64,000 bases of DNA from an uncultured Gammaproteobacteria bacterium (GCA_965602225.1 CBFCYE010000011.1:21182-85181), one strand, 5' to 3'. Shown: positions 1 through 10,049, counted from the first letter of the stretch. Notes: generated from the sequence alone by a model not told the origin. Numbers and translations are program-made.

Positions 1-316
1 GACGTTTTTGGGGTTCGGGTAGTTTGTCGCCAAAGAAGCGGCGAAAGAATGGGTCGTCAAAAAGAGGGTTGCTGCGCTGGGTGACCAGTTTGCGGGTGTA
101 GACGTTGACCACGGCGGGAGCGGCGGTATCTACCGCATCAGCATAGGAGGCCATGGCGGTAACGGCTGCGCGTTGCGATGATGGTGCTTCGACAAACTCA
201 ACGCTTGGTCTGCCTTCGAATGTTTCAGGCTTGAAGAGTAGTAATAAAACAAAGGCGAAGGCTAACCCTGCGGTGATTGCTTCTGTGGCAAAAGAGATCA
301 GGGTACGTAGGCGCAT
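1..316 (-). CDS. degS: HtrA/DegS(AlgW)-family serine protease, N-terminal part (runs off window start)
   Basis: Manual translation from ATG at 316: MRLRTLISF...ASYADAVDTAAPAVVNVYTRK...NPLFDDPFFRRFFG, a typical DegS/AlgW N-terminus; divergent from nif3. Confidence 0.8.
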   Translation of the reverse strand, partial: MRLRTLISFATEAITAGLAFAFVLLLLFKPETFEGRPSVEFVEAPSSQRAAVTAMASYADAVDTAAPAVVNVYTRKLVTQRSNPLFDDPFFRRFFGDKLPEPQKR

Positions 317-372
317 TGTTTGGGTGTTCTTGGGTTGATAGGTGGATCCAATCTTAACTTAAAGTATGGGGT

Positions 373-1128
373 ATGTGGATGGTTCTGTTAAATGAGTTGG
401 TGGCGTACTGTGATGAGTTGCTGGATGTGGCTAGGTTTCATGATTACGCTCCAAATGGTCTGCAGGTGGAGGGTGTGGCCGAGGTGAGAAAGATTGTCAC
501 AGGTGTCACGGCTTGCCAGGCATTAATAGATGCGGCTGTTGAGGCGGATGCGGATGTGTTGTTGGTGCATCATGGTTTTTTCTGGAAGGGCGAGTCTGAG
601 TGTATTACTGGAATTAAGCGGCGCAGAATTGCAAAGTTAATTGAAAGTAATGTCAGTCTGATTGGCTATCACCTGCCGTTGGATGCTCATCCTGAGGTCG
701 GCAATAATGCCCAGCTGGCAAAGCAGTTGGGCTTGGAGATTGAAGGCAGCTTTGGGCGGAATGATATAGGGATGTATGGTCGCCTACCACAAAAAATGAA
801 AGCGGATGAGTTGACGGATTTGCTTGGCAAAGTGCTTGCGCGGCAACCCTTGTTTTTGCAAGGCGAACATGATGTGATTGAGCGTATAGCTTGGTGTACT
901 GGGGCTGCGCAGAGTTATATTAGTGCGGCTCAGTCGCTAGGGGTGCAAGCTTTTATTAGTGGTGAGGTGTCTGAGCAGACAACGCATTTGGTCAGGGAAA
1001 CTGGTGTGCATTATTTTGCTGCGGGACATCATGCAACTGAGCGTTATGGGGTGCAGGCCTTGGGTGATGCGTTGAAAAAGAAATTTCTAATAGAGCATGA
1101 ATTTATAGATATAGGTAACCCTGTATAA
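373..1128 (+). CDS. Nif3-like dinuclear metal centre hexameric protein (YbgI family)
   Basis: DYAPNGLQVEG, LVHHG, YHLPLDAHPEVGNN and GHHATER motifs. Confidence 0.93.
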   Translation: MWMVLLNELVAYCDELLDVARFHDYAPNGLQVEGVAEVRKIVTGVTACQALIDAAVEADADVLLVHHGFFWKGESECITGIKRRRIAKLIESNVSLIGYHLPLDAHPEVGNNAQLAKQLGLEIEGSFGRNDIGMYGRLPQKMKADELTDLLGKVLARQPLFLQGEHDVIERIAWCTGAAQSYISAAQSLGVQAFISGEVSEQTTHLVRETGVHYFAAGHHATERYGVQALGDALKKKFLIEHEFIDIGNPV

Positions 1129-1257
1129 AATTTGCTCGACTATCGTGGAGCCGGTAGTCTCTGGAACTCAAAAGATAATGTTTTGTTGGTTGGATTTGTT
1201 TGGCTTAGGTGTTTATTTTTTGTTTTTCAAGAGTGGTTAAAAGTTGACTGTTTAACA

Positions 1258-1287
1258 TTGACATAAGGTTTGAAAGTGTTCTACGAT
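1258..1287 (+). promoter_or_regulatory. Candidate sigma70 promoter upstream of the act operon
   Basis: TTGACA-18 nt-TACGAT within an AT-rich 510-bp intergenic region. Confidence 0.4.
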
Positions 1288-1639
1288 GCACGAATCTTGG
1301 GGGAATAGCATTAAATAAACCCGGGTAGTTTTTGAGGATAATAATAATAAACGCCCAAAAATAAGCAAAGATAGCGCGTAGCGCCTGATTGCGGAAAAAA
1401 AGTATTGTTCTGTGGTACGCTGTGATTCGAAGAAGAAATTGTAGTTAAAAAAATAATTAATGTAAGTGTAAGTTAGCTTTCCAAAAGTTAATTGGGGATT
1501 GTCAATCAAAGTATTTAATTAACCGTTTTAAGCAGAGTGGTGCGTCCGTTTGTGGCGTGTGTTCGCTTGAGGGTTTGCTTTAATTGTTTCTCTTACTTGT
1601 TTAAAGCCTAATGGGATCTACAACAGATCGAGGACTGAG

Positions 1640-2266
1640 ATGTTTGTGAGTAATAAATTTCTCTCTAAAAGACGCGGTAATAGCGTTGGTCAGGGTAAGG
1701 TCAGTCAAGGTTTGGCTGTGTTATTTTCGCTGTTGGCAAGCGTGTTCATTGTTGCGGCTGCTCAGGCAGAAGTTCCAAACGCCAAGCCACCCAAAGGTAC
1801 GCATAGCGGTGAAGATGTGCCGCAGCCAATTGAGTTTCCGCACGACATTCATGCTGATGTGAACGGCATAAACTGCATGTATTGTCATACCTATGCTCGT
1901 CGCAGCAAGGTTGCAGGGATTCCTCCAACTAGCAAATGCATGGGTTGTCATTCAATTGTCGCAACCGACAAGCCGCGTATTAAGCAGTTGACTGAATACT
2001 GGGAAAACAATGAGCCGCCACAGTGGAATAAGGTTCATGACGTGCCAGATTTCGTACACTTTACTCATGAGAAGCATCTGCAGCGTTTTGTCTTCAAAAA
2101 TGAAGGCATGGATGTAGATAATGTTTCAGAGGTGTGTGCATTCTGCCATGGTGATGTAAAGAAAATGACTGTGGCGAAAAAAGTAAAACCATTAAATATG
2201 GGGTTCTGTGTGCGTTGTCACGAGCAGAACGGTGGTCCTTCCGATTGCTGGAAGTGTCATAAGTAA
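1640..2266 (+). CDS. actA: Alternative complex III pentaheme cytochrome c subunit A
   Basis: Five CXXCH motifs (CMYCH, CMGCH, CAFCH, CVRCH, CWKCH); QPIEFPHDIH and PDFVHFTH motifs; first gene of act operon. Confidence 0.88.
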   Translation: MFVSNKFLSKRRGNSVGQGKVSQGLAVLFSLLASVFIVAAAQAEVPNAKPPKGTHSGEDVPQPIEFPHDIHADVNGINCMYCHTYARRSKVAGIPPTSKCMGCHSIVATDKPRIKQLTEYWENNEPPQWNKVHDVPDFVHFTHEKHLQRFVFKNEGMDVDNVSEVCAFCHGDVKKMTVAKKVKPLNMGFCVRCHEQNGGPSDCWKCHK

Positions 2267-2328
2267 ATGGGTGGGCTGAGATTCTGTGTCTGGCCGTCAA
2301 TTTTTCAACTAATAACGGATGATTTGTT

Positions 2329-4536
2329 ATGAGTGGTAGCGATATCAACCGCAGAGACTTTTTAAAGTTTATGGGTCTCGGTGGCGTTGGTGCGGCAACC
2401 CTGAGTGGTTGCGATATGCCGACGACCATTACTCTCGAAGAGGGTAAAGAAAAGGTGGTCGCCTATCTGGCACCGGAAGAGTATGCGATTCCTGGTATAG
2501 GGGTGACATTTGCCTCTACTTGCCAGCAGTGTCCTTCAGGCTGTGGTGTTCATGGGCGTGTTCGTGAAGGCCGTGTTCTCAAGCTTGAGGGTAATCCCGA
2601 AGCTATGAACGGCAAGGGTCTGTGTCAAATGGGCCAAGCAAGCTTACAAGGTCATTACAATCCAGATCGAATCACCCAGCCCATGGCTCGTAAAGGTGGT
2701 GCGCTGGTTCCTGTTAGTTGGGATGACGCCTGGAAGTTGATGCAAGAAAAGGCTTCAGGTACAGCACAGGGGCGTAGCGCCTGGTTTACCGGAACAGTCA
2801 GTGGTCATCAATCGGTATTGCTGGCGGCGCTGAATAAAGCCTGGGGCAGCAAAGATCACTATGTCTACGAAGCAATCAATAATGCTGTGGGCGAAGCGGT
2901 AAATGAGGCTGTTCTCGGTGATGCTGCGCCGGCCTATCGTTTAGATAAGGCTACGGCGATTCTCTCGTTTGGAGCTGATTTCCTTGGCACCTGGATGTCT
3001 CCAGTTCACTTCTCGCGAGAATATGCTGCGAAGTTCCGTAGCGGTGATCGTGGTGTGCTGATTCAAGTTGAACCAAAAATGACGCTGACAGGCGCAAATG
3101 CTGATTTGTGGGTGTCTGCACGTCCGGGTACGGAAGGTGTTGTGGCTCTGGGTATTGCCAATGTCTTGCTGAGCAAACATCAGGTTGATGGTAAGCGTCT
3201 GCCGCAGGCGGCTCTGGATGTGATTTCTCAGTACAACGTAAACAAGGTGACTGAGATTACGGGTGTTGCAGGCGATACATTAGTTCGCATTGCCAAGCAC
3301 CTTAAAGAACGCAGTCCGAGTCTTGTGCTTTCGGGTGATTCTGCGCATGGCCATGCTGATGGTTACCAGAACGCGATGGCTGCAATGATGTTGAATGTCT
3401 TGCTAGGCAATGTCGGTGAGACCATCGAAGCATCGAACAGTATGGTGTTTGGCGAACTGAAAGCTAAGCGTGGTAATAGCAAAGCGATGCTGGATTTTGC
3501 CAACGCTGCTGATGCTGGAAAATATGATGTTGTGTTCTTTACGGGTGCTAACCCTGTTTACACAGCGCCATCGCATTTGGCGATGGCAGAGAAACTTGCC
3601 AAGGTACCTTTTAAGGTGGCCTTGTCTATGTTCACTGATGAAACAACCATGTCTGCAGACCTGGTCTTGCCACTTCAGTCACCATATGAAGAATGGGGTA
3701 CGTCAGTTGCGCCTTATCAGCCAAAAGAGGCGGCAATCAGTATGTCTCAGCCGTTGATGAAACCGTTGAGTCCTGAGACCAAGAGTCTGGGGGATATCCT
3801 GCTGTCAATGCTGAAATATCACGGTGCAAAAAGCTATGAAGGCTTTGAAGACTATTATGCCTACCTGCGCTCTGAGCTGGATGGCATGCCTGCTTCAGTT
3901 AAGGCGGGTAAGGATGGTGATGCTTTCTGGTCTGCAGCAGTTCAAAAAGGTTTTATCAAAGCACCGACTAAATCTGGTTCACTGAAAGTTAGCTTGGGTG
4001 ATATCAAACAAGCCGGTTATCAGGCAGGTGGTGATTTCCCAATGCACTTGGTGCCATCATCAAATCAAACTATGTATGACGGTCGAAATGCTAATCTTCC
4101 TTGGTTGCATGAATCGCCTGATCAGATTACTAAGATTTTTTGGGATTCATGGGTGGAGCTTCATCCTGAGACAGCTGCAAAGCTGGGTGTTAAAGAGGGT
4201 GACTTTGTTCGTGTTGAGTCAGATCAGGGCGCAATCGAGGCTCAGGTTTACATCTATAAAGGTGTGCATGTTGATGCGGTGGCTGTGCCTATGGGGCGTG
4301 GCCATGAGGAGTACGGTCGCTACGCCAAGGGTAACGGCGTTAATCCACTCAAGATCCTCAGCCCTGCGGTTGATTCGAAAAGTGGCGAGCTTGCTACCCA
4401 TGCAACGCGTGTCCGTATAAGTAAGACCGGTCGAAGTGAAGAGATGCCACGTTTAGGTGGTAGCGAACGTCAAGTGGGTCGTCGATTGGTAAGCACAGTC
4501 TCTGCTGATGTGTTCAGAAGGACTGAGGGAGCTTAA
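2329..4536 (+). CDS. actB1: ACIII subunit B1, molybdopterin-oxidoreductase-like, Tat lipoprotein
   Basis: NRRDFLK Tat motif then LSGC lipobox; CQQCPSGC...C Fe-S motif; C-terminal molybdopterin-dinucleotide-binding-like domain (DGRNANLPWLHESPD). Confidence 0.85.
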   Translation: MSGSDINRRDFLKFMGLGGVGAATLSGCDMPTTITLEEGKEKVVAYLAPEEYAIPGIGVTFASTCQQCPSGCGVHGRVREGRVLKLEGNPEAMNGKGLCQMGQASLQGHYNPDRITQPMARKGGALVPVSWDDAWKLMQEKASGTAQGRSAWFTGTVSGHQSVLLAALNKAWGSKDHYVYEAINNAVGEAVNEAVLGDAAPAYRLDKATAILSFGADFLGTWMSPVHFSREYAAKFRSGDRGVLIQVEPKMTLTGANADLWVSARPGTEGVVALGIANVLLSKHQVDGKRLPQAALDVISQYNVNKVTEITGVAGDTLVRIAKHLKERSPSLVLSGDSAHGHADGYQNAMAAMMLNVLLGNVGETIEASNSMVFGELKAKRGNSKAMLDFANAADAGKYDVVFFTGANPVYTAPSHLAMAEKLAKVPFKVALSMFTDETTMSADLVLPLQSPYEEWGTSVAPYQPKEAAISMSQPLMKPLSPETKSLGDILLSMLKYHGAKSYEGFEDYYAYLRSELDGMPASVKAGKDGDAFWSAAVQKGFIKAPTKSGSLKVSLGDIKQAGYQAGGDFPMHLVPSSNQTMYDGRNANLPWLHESPDQITKIFWDSWVELHPETAAKLGVKEGDFVRVESDQGAIEAQVYIYKGVHVDAVAVPMGRGHEEYGRYAKGNGVNPLKILSPAVDSKSGELATHATRVRISKTGRSEEMPRLGGSERQVGRRLVSTVSADVFRRTEGA

Positions 4537-4538
4537 TA

Positions 4539-5384
4539 ATGTCGCTTAAGAACATTCTTGAAAATTGGTCCCATTACCGTCGGACTCATGAAGATGGTGG
4601 GCACTACGAGTACGAGCATATGTGGGGCATGGCAATCGACCTGAACAAATGTACGGGTTGTAATGCTTGTTCAGTTGCTTGTTATGCCGAAAATAACCTG
4701 CCTACGGTTGGTAAAGACCGCATGAGAAAGGGGCAGGGCCTGCACTGGTTGCGCATGGAGCGTTACTGGGATGAGCCAGAGATGGGCGGTGAAGAGAAGC
4801 AATACCAGGAACGTGGTGCAAGCTTTTTGCCGATGATGTGTCAGCAATGTAATGCTGCTACTTGTGAGCCTGTTTGCCCAGTTGCCGCTACTTACCATAC
4901 TCCGGACGGCCTCAACGCTCAGGTCTATAACCGCTGTATTGGTTCGCGTTACTGTTCAAATAACTGCCCATACCGTCTGCGCTATTTCAATTTCTACTCT
5001 TACTACGAAGAGTCTTGGCCTGAGCCGCTGAATATGCAGCTCAATCCAGACTTGAGTGTTCGCGATAAGGGTGTGATGGAAAAATGCACATTCTGTATAC
5101 AGCGTATTCGTACCGGCAAAGATAAGGCGCAGCGTGAGGGTCGTGAAGTGCAAGATGGTGATGTTGTCACTGCCTGCGCACAGACCTGTCCTACAGAAGC
5201 GATTGTCTTTGGTGATTTGCTGGATGAGAAATCACAGGTAACCAAGCTTTGGAAGGCGCAGCAAGTTGAGCTTGGTAAGGCTAAGCAGGATAAGGCTAAC
5301 ACAGAGCTACGCGGATATCGTGTCTTGGAAGGTTTGAATACAGATCCATGTGTAATGTACATGGATCGAGTACGCGAAGCCTAA
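4539..5384 (+). CDS. actB2: ACIII subunit B2, Fe-S cluster protein (3x[4Fe-4S] + [3Fe-4S])
   Basis: CTGCNACSVAC, CQQCNAATCEPVC, CIGSRYCSNNC (Cys to Ser, 3Fe-4S type) and CTFC...CAQTCP motifs. Confidence 0.88.
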   Translation: MSLKNILENWSHYRRTHEDGGHYEYEHMWGMAIDLNKCTGCNACSVACYAENNLPTVGKDRMRKGQGLHWLRMERYWDEPEMGGEEKQYQERGASFLPMMCQQCNAATCEPVCPVAATYHTPDGLNAQVYNRCIGSRYCSNNCPYRLRYFNFYSYYEESWPEPLNMQLNPDLSVRDKGVMEKCTFCIQRIRTGKDKAQREGREVQDGDVVTACAQTCPTEAIVFGDLLDEKSQVTKLWKAQQVELGKAKQDKANTELRGYRVLEGLNTDPCVMYMDRVREA

Positions 5385-5424
5385 AAGACAGGATAGCCAG
5401 ATAAATATAAACGTGGTGTGACCT

Positions 5425-6834
5425 ATGCAAACAAAAGATATAAATGAAAATATAGCTTGGGCAAAGATCAACGAGGATGTACTCCGCAGTATGGAGAATC
5501 CTCGGATGGGCTACTGGGTTGCCTTGGCATGTTGTATTGCCATGATAATGTGTGCAGTCCTTGCTGAGATCTATCAGTACCAAGAAGGGATGGGGCCATC
5601 AAATCTGAACTGGCCGCATATGTGGGATCTATATATTGCGACCTTCGTATTCTGGATAGGCATGAGCCACTCTGGAACCCTATTGTCCGCAATCCTGCAT
5701 ATTATTCAGGCCGATTGGCGTAAACCGATTTATCGATTCGCTGAGGCGATGACAACCTTCTCGTTGATGACTGCGGGCCTGTTCCCAATCATTCACTTGG
5801 GGCGTGTCTGGAATATGTACTGGGTGCTGCCGTATGTAACTGATCGTGGTATCTGGCCAAACTTTCGTTCACCGCTAGTTTGGGATGCCTTTGCGATTAC
5901 GACATACCTGACATCATCAGCGCTGTTCCTGTTTATTGGTATGGTTCCTGATTTGGCAATATGTCGTGATAATGCGCGTGGCTGGCGTCAAAAGCTGTAC
6001 ACCGTACTGTCGTTAGGTTGGCAGGGTGATGATAGGCAGTGGCGTCATTTTCGCAAGATCTACCTGTTGATGGCCTGTTTCCTGATTCCATTGGCGGTAT
6101 CGGTTCACTCTATTGTATCGGCTGACTTTGCCATGTCGATCATGCCTGGCTGGCATGTAACGACCTTCCCTCCATATTTTGTGGCGGGTGCCTTGTACTC
6201 TGGTTGTGCTGCGATCATTACATTGTTCATCTTGTTGCGGTATTTCTTCCGCTTTGATGAGTACATGACAATTCCTATTATGGAGAAGACCTGCAAGCTG
6301 ACATTTGCAATTGCAATGGTCTGGACGTACTTGAATCTGGTTGAGTTTGCTGCAACCTGGTATGGGCATGACATGGTTGCCAAGGAGCTGTTGATCAATA
6401 AGTTTATAGGTCCGCATGCGCCATTTTTCTGGACGATGTTGTTCTGTGGTTCGGTATTACCGTTTGCATTGGCCTTTGAAAAGCTGCGTCAGCATCTACC
6501 TACTATGTTTGTCGTGTCACTATTCCTGAATCTGGGGATGTGGCTTGAACGTTGGATGATTGTGACACCTACCTTGTCCTACTCTTATCAACCATTTGCC
6601 TGGGATGTGATGTGGCCAAGTATGGTTCAGTGGGCAATCGTATTTGGTAGTTTTGGTTGGTTCGGGATGCTGTTCTTGATCTTCGTGAAGGTGTTTCCAT
6701 CAGTGTCTATGTACGAAGTTAAGGAAATGGTATTTCACCGTCGCCATTATCACAGCGATGAGGTCGCGAGTACGTTCCATCGTCGTGCGAGTGATAGTCA
6801 GACAGGTACTGAACCGACTAGGGAAGGAGCATAA
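5425..6834 (+). CDS. actC: ACIII quinol-binding membrane subunit C (NrfD/PsrC family)
   Basis: FVFWIGMSHSGTLLSAIL, HLGRVW, NFRSPLVWD and SVHSIVS motifs; polytopic membrane protein. Confidence 0.92.
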   Translation: MQTKDINENIAWAKINEDVLRSMENPRMGYWVALACCIAMIMCAVLAEIYQYQEGMGPSNLNWPHMWDLYIATFVFWIGMSHSGTLLSAILHIIQADWRKPIYRFAEAMTTFSLMTAGLFPIIHLGRVWNMYWVLPYVTDRGIWPNFRSPLVWDAFAITTYLTSSALFLFIGMVPDLAICRDNARGWRQKLYTVLSLGWQGDDRQWRHFRKIYLLMACFLIPLAVSVHSIVSADFAMSIMPGWHVTTFPPYFVAGALYSGCAAIITLFILLRYFFRFDEYMTIPIMEKTCKLTFAIAMVWTYLNLVEFAATWYGHDMVAKELLINKFIGPHAPFFWTMLFCGSVLPFALAFEKLRQHLPTMFVVSLFLNLGMWLERWMIVTPTLSYSYQPFAWDVMWPSMVQWAIVFGSFGWFGMLFLIFVKVFPSVSMYEVKEMVFHRRHYHSDEVASTFHRRASDSQTGTEPTREGA

Positions 6835-6836
6835 GC

Positions 6837-7364
6837 ATGAAACGCTATTATGTAATGGGTTTGTTCAGTAACTTTGAGGAAGCGTTTGCGACGATTTCAG
6901 AAATCCGTCAACACGCAATCCCTGGCGTTACTGTGGATGATGTGACCTTGAAATCACCGATCGAACATCCAGAAATTGAGGAGGTGCTCGGTGATCGTGG
7001 TTCACCAGTACCGAAGTTCTCACTTTTTGGTTCCATTTTTGGTATTTGTTTCGGCTTTCTCTTTCTGGCAGCTGCTCAGGCAAATTTCCTGGTGCAACCA
7101 CAGGGCGGAAAAGCGGTGATACCACTGCCATCAAATATCGTACTTACTTATGAAATGCTGATCTTTTTTGGTGTGATTTCTACCGTGATCGGTTTTGTGA
7201 TCAATGCGCGATTGATGACAAAGCGTCACCCTTTGTATTCAGAAAAGGTTAGCTTGGACCAAGTGGGTGTAATGCTGGAACTGGATGAAAAGAACGTTGA
7301 TCAAATCAAAGAGCTTTTCAAGAAACATAAGGTTTTGGAAATTCGTGAAGAGGTGTCTCAATGA
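6837..7364 (+). CDS. actD: ACIII subunit D (DUF3341-like)
   Basis: Two TM helices, GGK...TYEMLI motif, position in operon. Confidence 0.8.
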   Translation: MKRYYVMGLFSNFEEAFATISEIRQHAIPGVTVDDVTLKSPIEHPEIEEVLGDRGSPVPKFSLFGSIFGICFGFLFLAAAQANFLVQPQGGKAVIPLPSNIVLTYEMLIFFGVISTVIGFVINARLMTKRHPLYSEKVSLDQVGVMLELDEKNVDQIKELFKKHKVLEIREEVSQ

Positions 7365-7900
7365 GGATTAAGTCTGTAATTGCAGCTTCAATGATGATGC
7401 CTGCGGTAGCTTTGGCATGGCCATGGTCTACCGATATGATGAATCAGCCAAATATCAAACCGCAGGAAGGTACGATGCTGGACTTTCCAGAACGTTCGAT
7501 TCCTGTTGGTGGAATGCCAACTCAGATTGCTGATCGAGAGGCCTCAAGAAACCTTGCAAACCCGATTAAAGTCACGCCTGATTCACTCAAAAAAGGCCGT
7601 GATTTGTTCAGGATCTACTGTGCTGCCTGTCATGGGCTGACTGGTTCGGCCGAGTCTCCTGTGAGCGGCAAGATTGGTGCGATTGCTCTGAATGATAGTT
7701 ACGTCCAGGAAAATCTTACAGAAGGCTGGCTTTGGGGAACGATTACCTTTGGTAGTTATGTGATGCCTGCATACGGTGTGCCGCAGGGTAAGCGTGGTTC
7801 AAATGATTTGAGTGTTGAAGAACGTTGGCACGTGGTGAATTATATTAAGCATGGTCTTGTGAAAGATGCTGCTGCAGCGACCAAAACCGCTGCTAAATAA
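7361..7900 (+). CDS. actE: ACIII monoheme cytochrome c subunit E
   Basis: Single CAACH, MPAYG axial Met, ERWHVVNY; signal peptide. Confidence 0.85.
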   Translation: MRIKSVIAASMMMPAVALAWPWSTDMMNQPNIKPQEGTMLDFPERSIPVGGMPTQIADREASRNLANPIKVTPDSLKKGRDLFRIYCAACHGLTGSAESPVSGKIGAIALNDSYVQENLTEGWLWGTITFGSYVMPAYGVPQGKRGSNDLSVEERWHVVNYIKHGLVKDAAAATKTAAK

Positions 7901-7944
7901 TTCCGTTAATTAAACTAATTTAAAGTTATAAAGCAGAGGCTAGC

Positions 7945-8976
7945 ATGGAAAACTTCGGTTTCTGGTCAGTTGTAATTACCAATTTTGAGATTGTGCTTTA
8001 CCTCGCGTTAGGCGGGGTCACATTGTCATCTGTGTTGCATCTGGTCAATGGTAAATGGCGATTTCAGGTTCGTGGTCTAGCATGTTCGCTGGCTGTGTTG
8101 TTTCCGGTTGCTTTTGTTCTGTTGCTAATCATATTGGCGGCAGGTGAGTCTGCCTTCCCATGGTTAGCGCATGCGCATGATGAGGGACATCACTTATCAG
8201 GGTGGCACAATTATACCTTCCTGGTGGCGCGTAATATTATTGGCTTTCTTATAGTGGCTGGGGTCTATCTGCTGTTTATTAAGTGGCAGCATGAAGCAAC
8301 TGTTGACGATTCGTATGCGGTGCAGCGTCGTTATCGAAATATCGCTTTGATGATCCCGTTCATCTATTTTAGCTATGGTTCTATGGTTGCGTGGGACTTT
8401 GAAATGACTATGCAGGCTGGTTGGCATAGTGCCAGTTATGGCGCATACAATTTTCAAAGTAACTTTCATATGTTCCTTGGTTTCTTTACGGTCTTTCTGT
8501 TTTTCCTGAATAAATCAGGCAAGCTTGTAAGACAGTTTGAAGGTTATATCTTTAATTTCATGGCTCAGTTCATGCTTGCGATGACAATCCTTTGGACCTA
8601 CCTCTATTTCACACAGTATTTGATTATGTGGTATGGCCGCCTGCCAGAAGAGATGGGTCGTTATGATGCGATGATGTCTGAAATGAGTGGGCTTTGGTGG
8701 TTGTTCCTGGTGCTTAAGTTTGTTATTCCATTTTGCACGCTGGCAATTACGCCTAATCGTCACAACCCAGCTGTTATTGTAATGGTGGCATGCAGTATCG
8801 TGCTTGGCACGTGGCTTGAGCGTTATACTTGGATTTCAGGTTCAGTCGCTAACGAGTACACTCATACGCCAATGTCATCAATTGCTGATATTTTGGCAAC
8901 GGCTGTTGTGATTGGTGTTAGCTGGTTTGCTGTTAAGTGGAGCCTGACACGCTACGGCTTGATTCGTAACAGCTAA
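7945..8976 (+). CDS. actF: ACIII membrane subunit F (ActC paralogue)
   Basis: Polytopic; WTYLYFTQYLIMWYGRLPEE motif. Confidence 0.85.
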   Translation: MENFGFWSVVITNFEIVLYLALGGVTLSSVLHLVNGKWRFQVRGLACSLAVLFPVAFVLLLIILAAGESAFPWLAHAHDEGHHLSGWHNYTFLVARNIIGFLIVAGVYLLFIKWQHEATVDDSYAVQRRYRNIALMIPFIYFSYGSMVAWDFEMTMQAGWHSASYGAYNFQSNFHMFLGFFTVFLFFLNKSGKLVRQFEGYIFNFMAQFMLAMTILWTYLYFTQYLIMWYGRLPEEMGRYDAMMSEMSGLWWLFLVLKFVIPFCTLAITPNRHNPAVIVMVACSIVLGTWLERYTWISGSVANEYTHTPMSSIADILATAVVIGVSWFAVKWSLTRYGLIRNS

Positions 8977-8992
8977 GTTTAAAACTGTAGTC

Positions 8993-9024
8993 AAAAAAAG
9001 GCGGACTTAGGTCCGCCTTTTTTG
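8993..9024. terminator. Bidirectional intrinsic terminator
   Basis: A7-GGCGGAC-TTAG-GTCCGCC-T6 between convergent genes. Confidence 0.85.
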
Positions 9025-9026
9025 TT

Positions 9027-10049
9027 TTAACGGGATGCGTTTACGGTAACGCCTTTTGCATGCCGCTCAAGCCAGCCCGCAATGCGTTTCGTTAGCTGCT
9101 GGGCTACCCCACTAAAGTCGTGGTTTGCACCTTCGATAATAATCTGTCGATAGGAAATGTAACCCTGGGAGTTTTGCGTTGAGCTTTTGGCAATAGCTGA
9201 ACGTTTGTATGAGCCTATTTTTTGTGAGCTTGTAACTGCATCACTTGATATTTTTGCGGCAAGCGCGCGTGACATGGCTGTGTTGGTGACATGGTTCAAG
9301 TCATTACTGCCGTAAATATCTAAAATAGGCACTGTGATCTTCTCTATTTGCTGGGTTATCGATTCAGGTTTTTTATCTTTATTGAGCATGCCCAGGCTGA
9401 TGGCGATGAATGCCTGTACCGATGCGTCTTGCTGTGATGAGAGATAAGCGGTTGCTGCCATGGCGCCAGTGCCGTGGCCGAGTATGGCAATATTACCAAT
9501 GCCGACAGTTTGCATATAGTTTGCCGCGCTGTTAATTCGTTGGTTAATAACTGCTTGCTGGTTGGTGTAATCATCGATTGAAGCCAGGTGTGGCAGTTGA
9601 ATTGAAATGCTTGCCCAGCCGTGTAGCGGTAAAATATTTCTCAGTGGTCGGATCACCTCTGGTTTGTCCGGGTTGCTGTTGGCGTCATGAAGTATGATTA
9701 CCCCACCTTTGGGCTGCCCACTTTGGTCTGGATCATAAACAGCAAAGAATTTTGCGTTGGCGTCATCCAGCCATAAAGGCTGGCCACTAAGCAGCCCCTT
9801 TTCTAGTGATTTGCCAAGTTCCGTATCATAATTACTGCTATTAACTTGAGCTGTAGTAATAGTTGGTGACATTAATATGCTGAATGAAATTGCCAATATG
9901 GATTTGGCGTAACGGTTATTATTCTTTTGAAAACAGCTGCTTAACAGCTGTGCCCACATGTGGCTGAGCCGGCATTTAAAAAGCCTAGGTTTGAAGGGTA
10001 GTTTTTGCCAGTAATGCATAGAGTTAATCGCGTGAAATAAATGCTCCAA
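9027..10049 (-). CDS. DUF3530-family alpha/beta-hydrolase-like exported protein (true start probably downstream)
   Basis: [33 protein letters not shown] and GANHDF motifs. Confidence 0.7.
   Translation of the reverse strand: MEHLFHAINSMHYWQKLPFKPRLFKCRLSHMWAQLLSSCFQKNNNRYAKSILAISFSILMSPTITTAQVNSSNYDTELGKSLEKGLLSGQPLWLDDANAKFFAVYDPDQSGQPKGGVIILHDANSNPDKPEVIRPLRNILPLHGWASISIQLPHLASIDDYTNQQAVINQRINSAANYMQTVGIGNIAILGHGTGAMAATAYLSSQQDASVQAFIAISLGMLNKDKKPESITQQIEKITVPILDIYGSNDLNHVTNTAMSRALAAKISSDAVTSSQKIGSYKRSAIAKSSTQNSQGYISYRQIIIEGANHDFSGVAQQLTKRIAGWLERHAKGVTVNASR

Noticed and set aside
153-338. 61-aa + strand ORF
   Set aside because: Antisense shadow of the degS N-terminus
1252-1509. 85-aa - strand ORF in the act upstream region
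   Set aside because: AT-rich promoter DNA, non-ATG start and no recognisable features
1330-1510. Possible Fur (GATAATAATAAT) and FNR (..ATCAA) boxes
   Set aside because: Half-sites only; expected by chance in AT-rich DNA
4530-4545. actB split as a frameshift or pseudogene
   Set aside because: Clean stop and start with a GAGGGAG RBS, and both halves are intact
6730-6834. Repeated FHRR motif in the ActC tail as a regulatory site
   Set aside because: Too short to support a function
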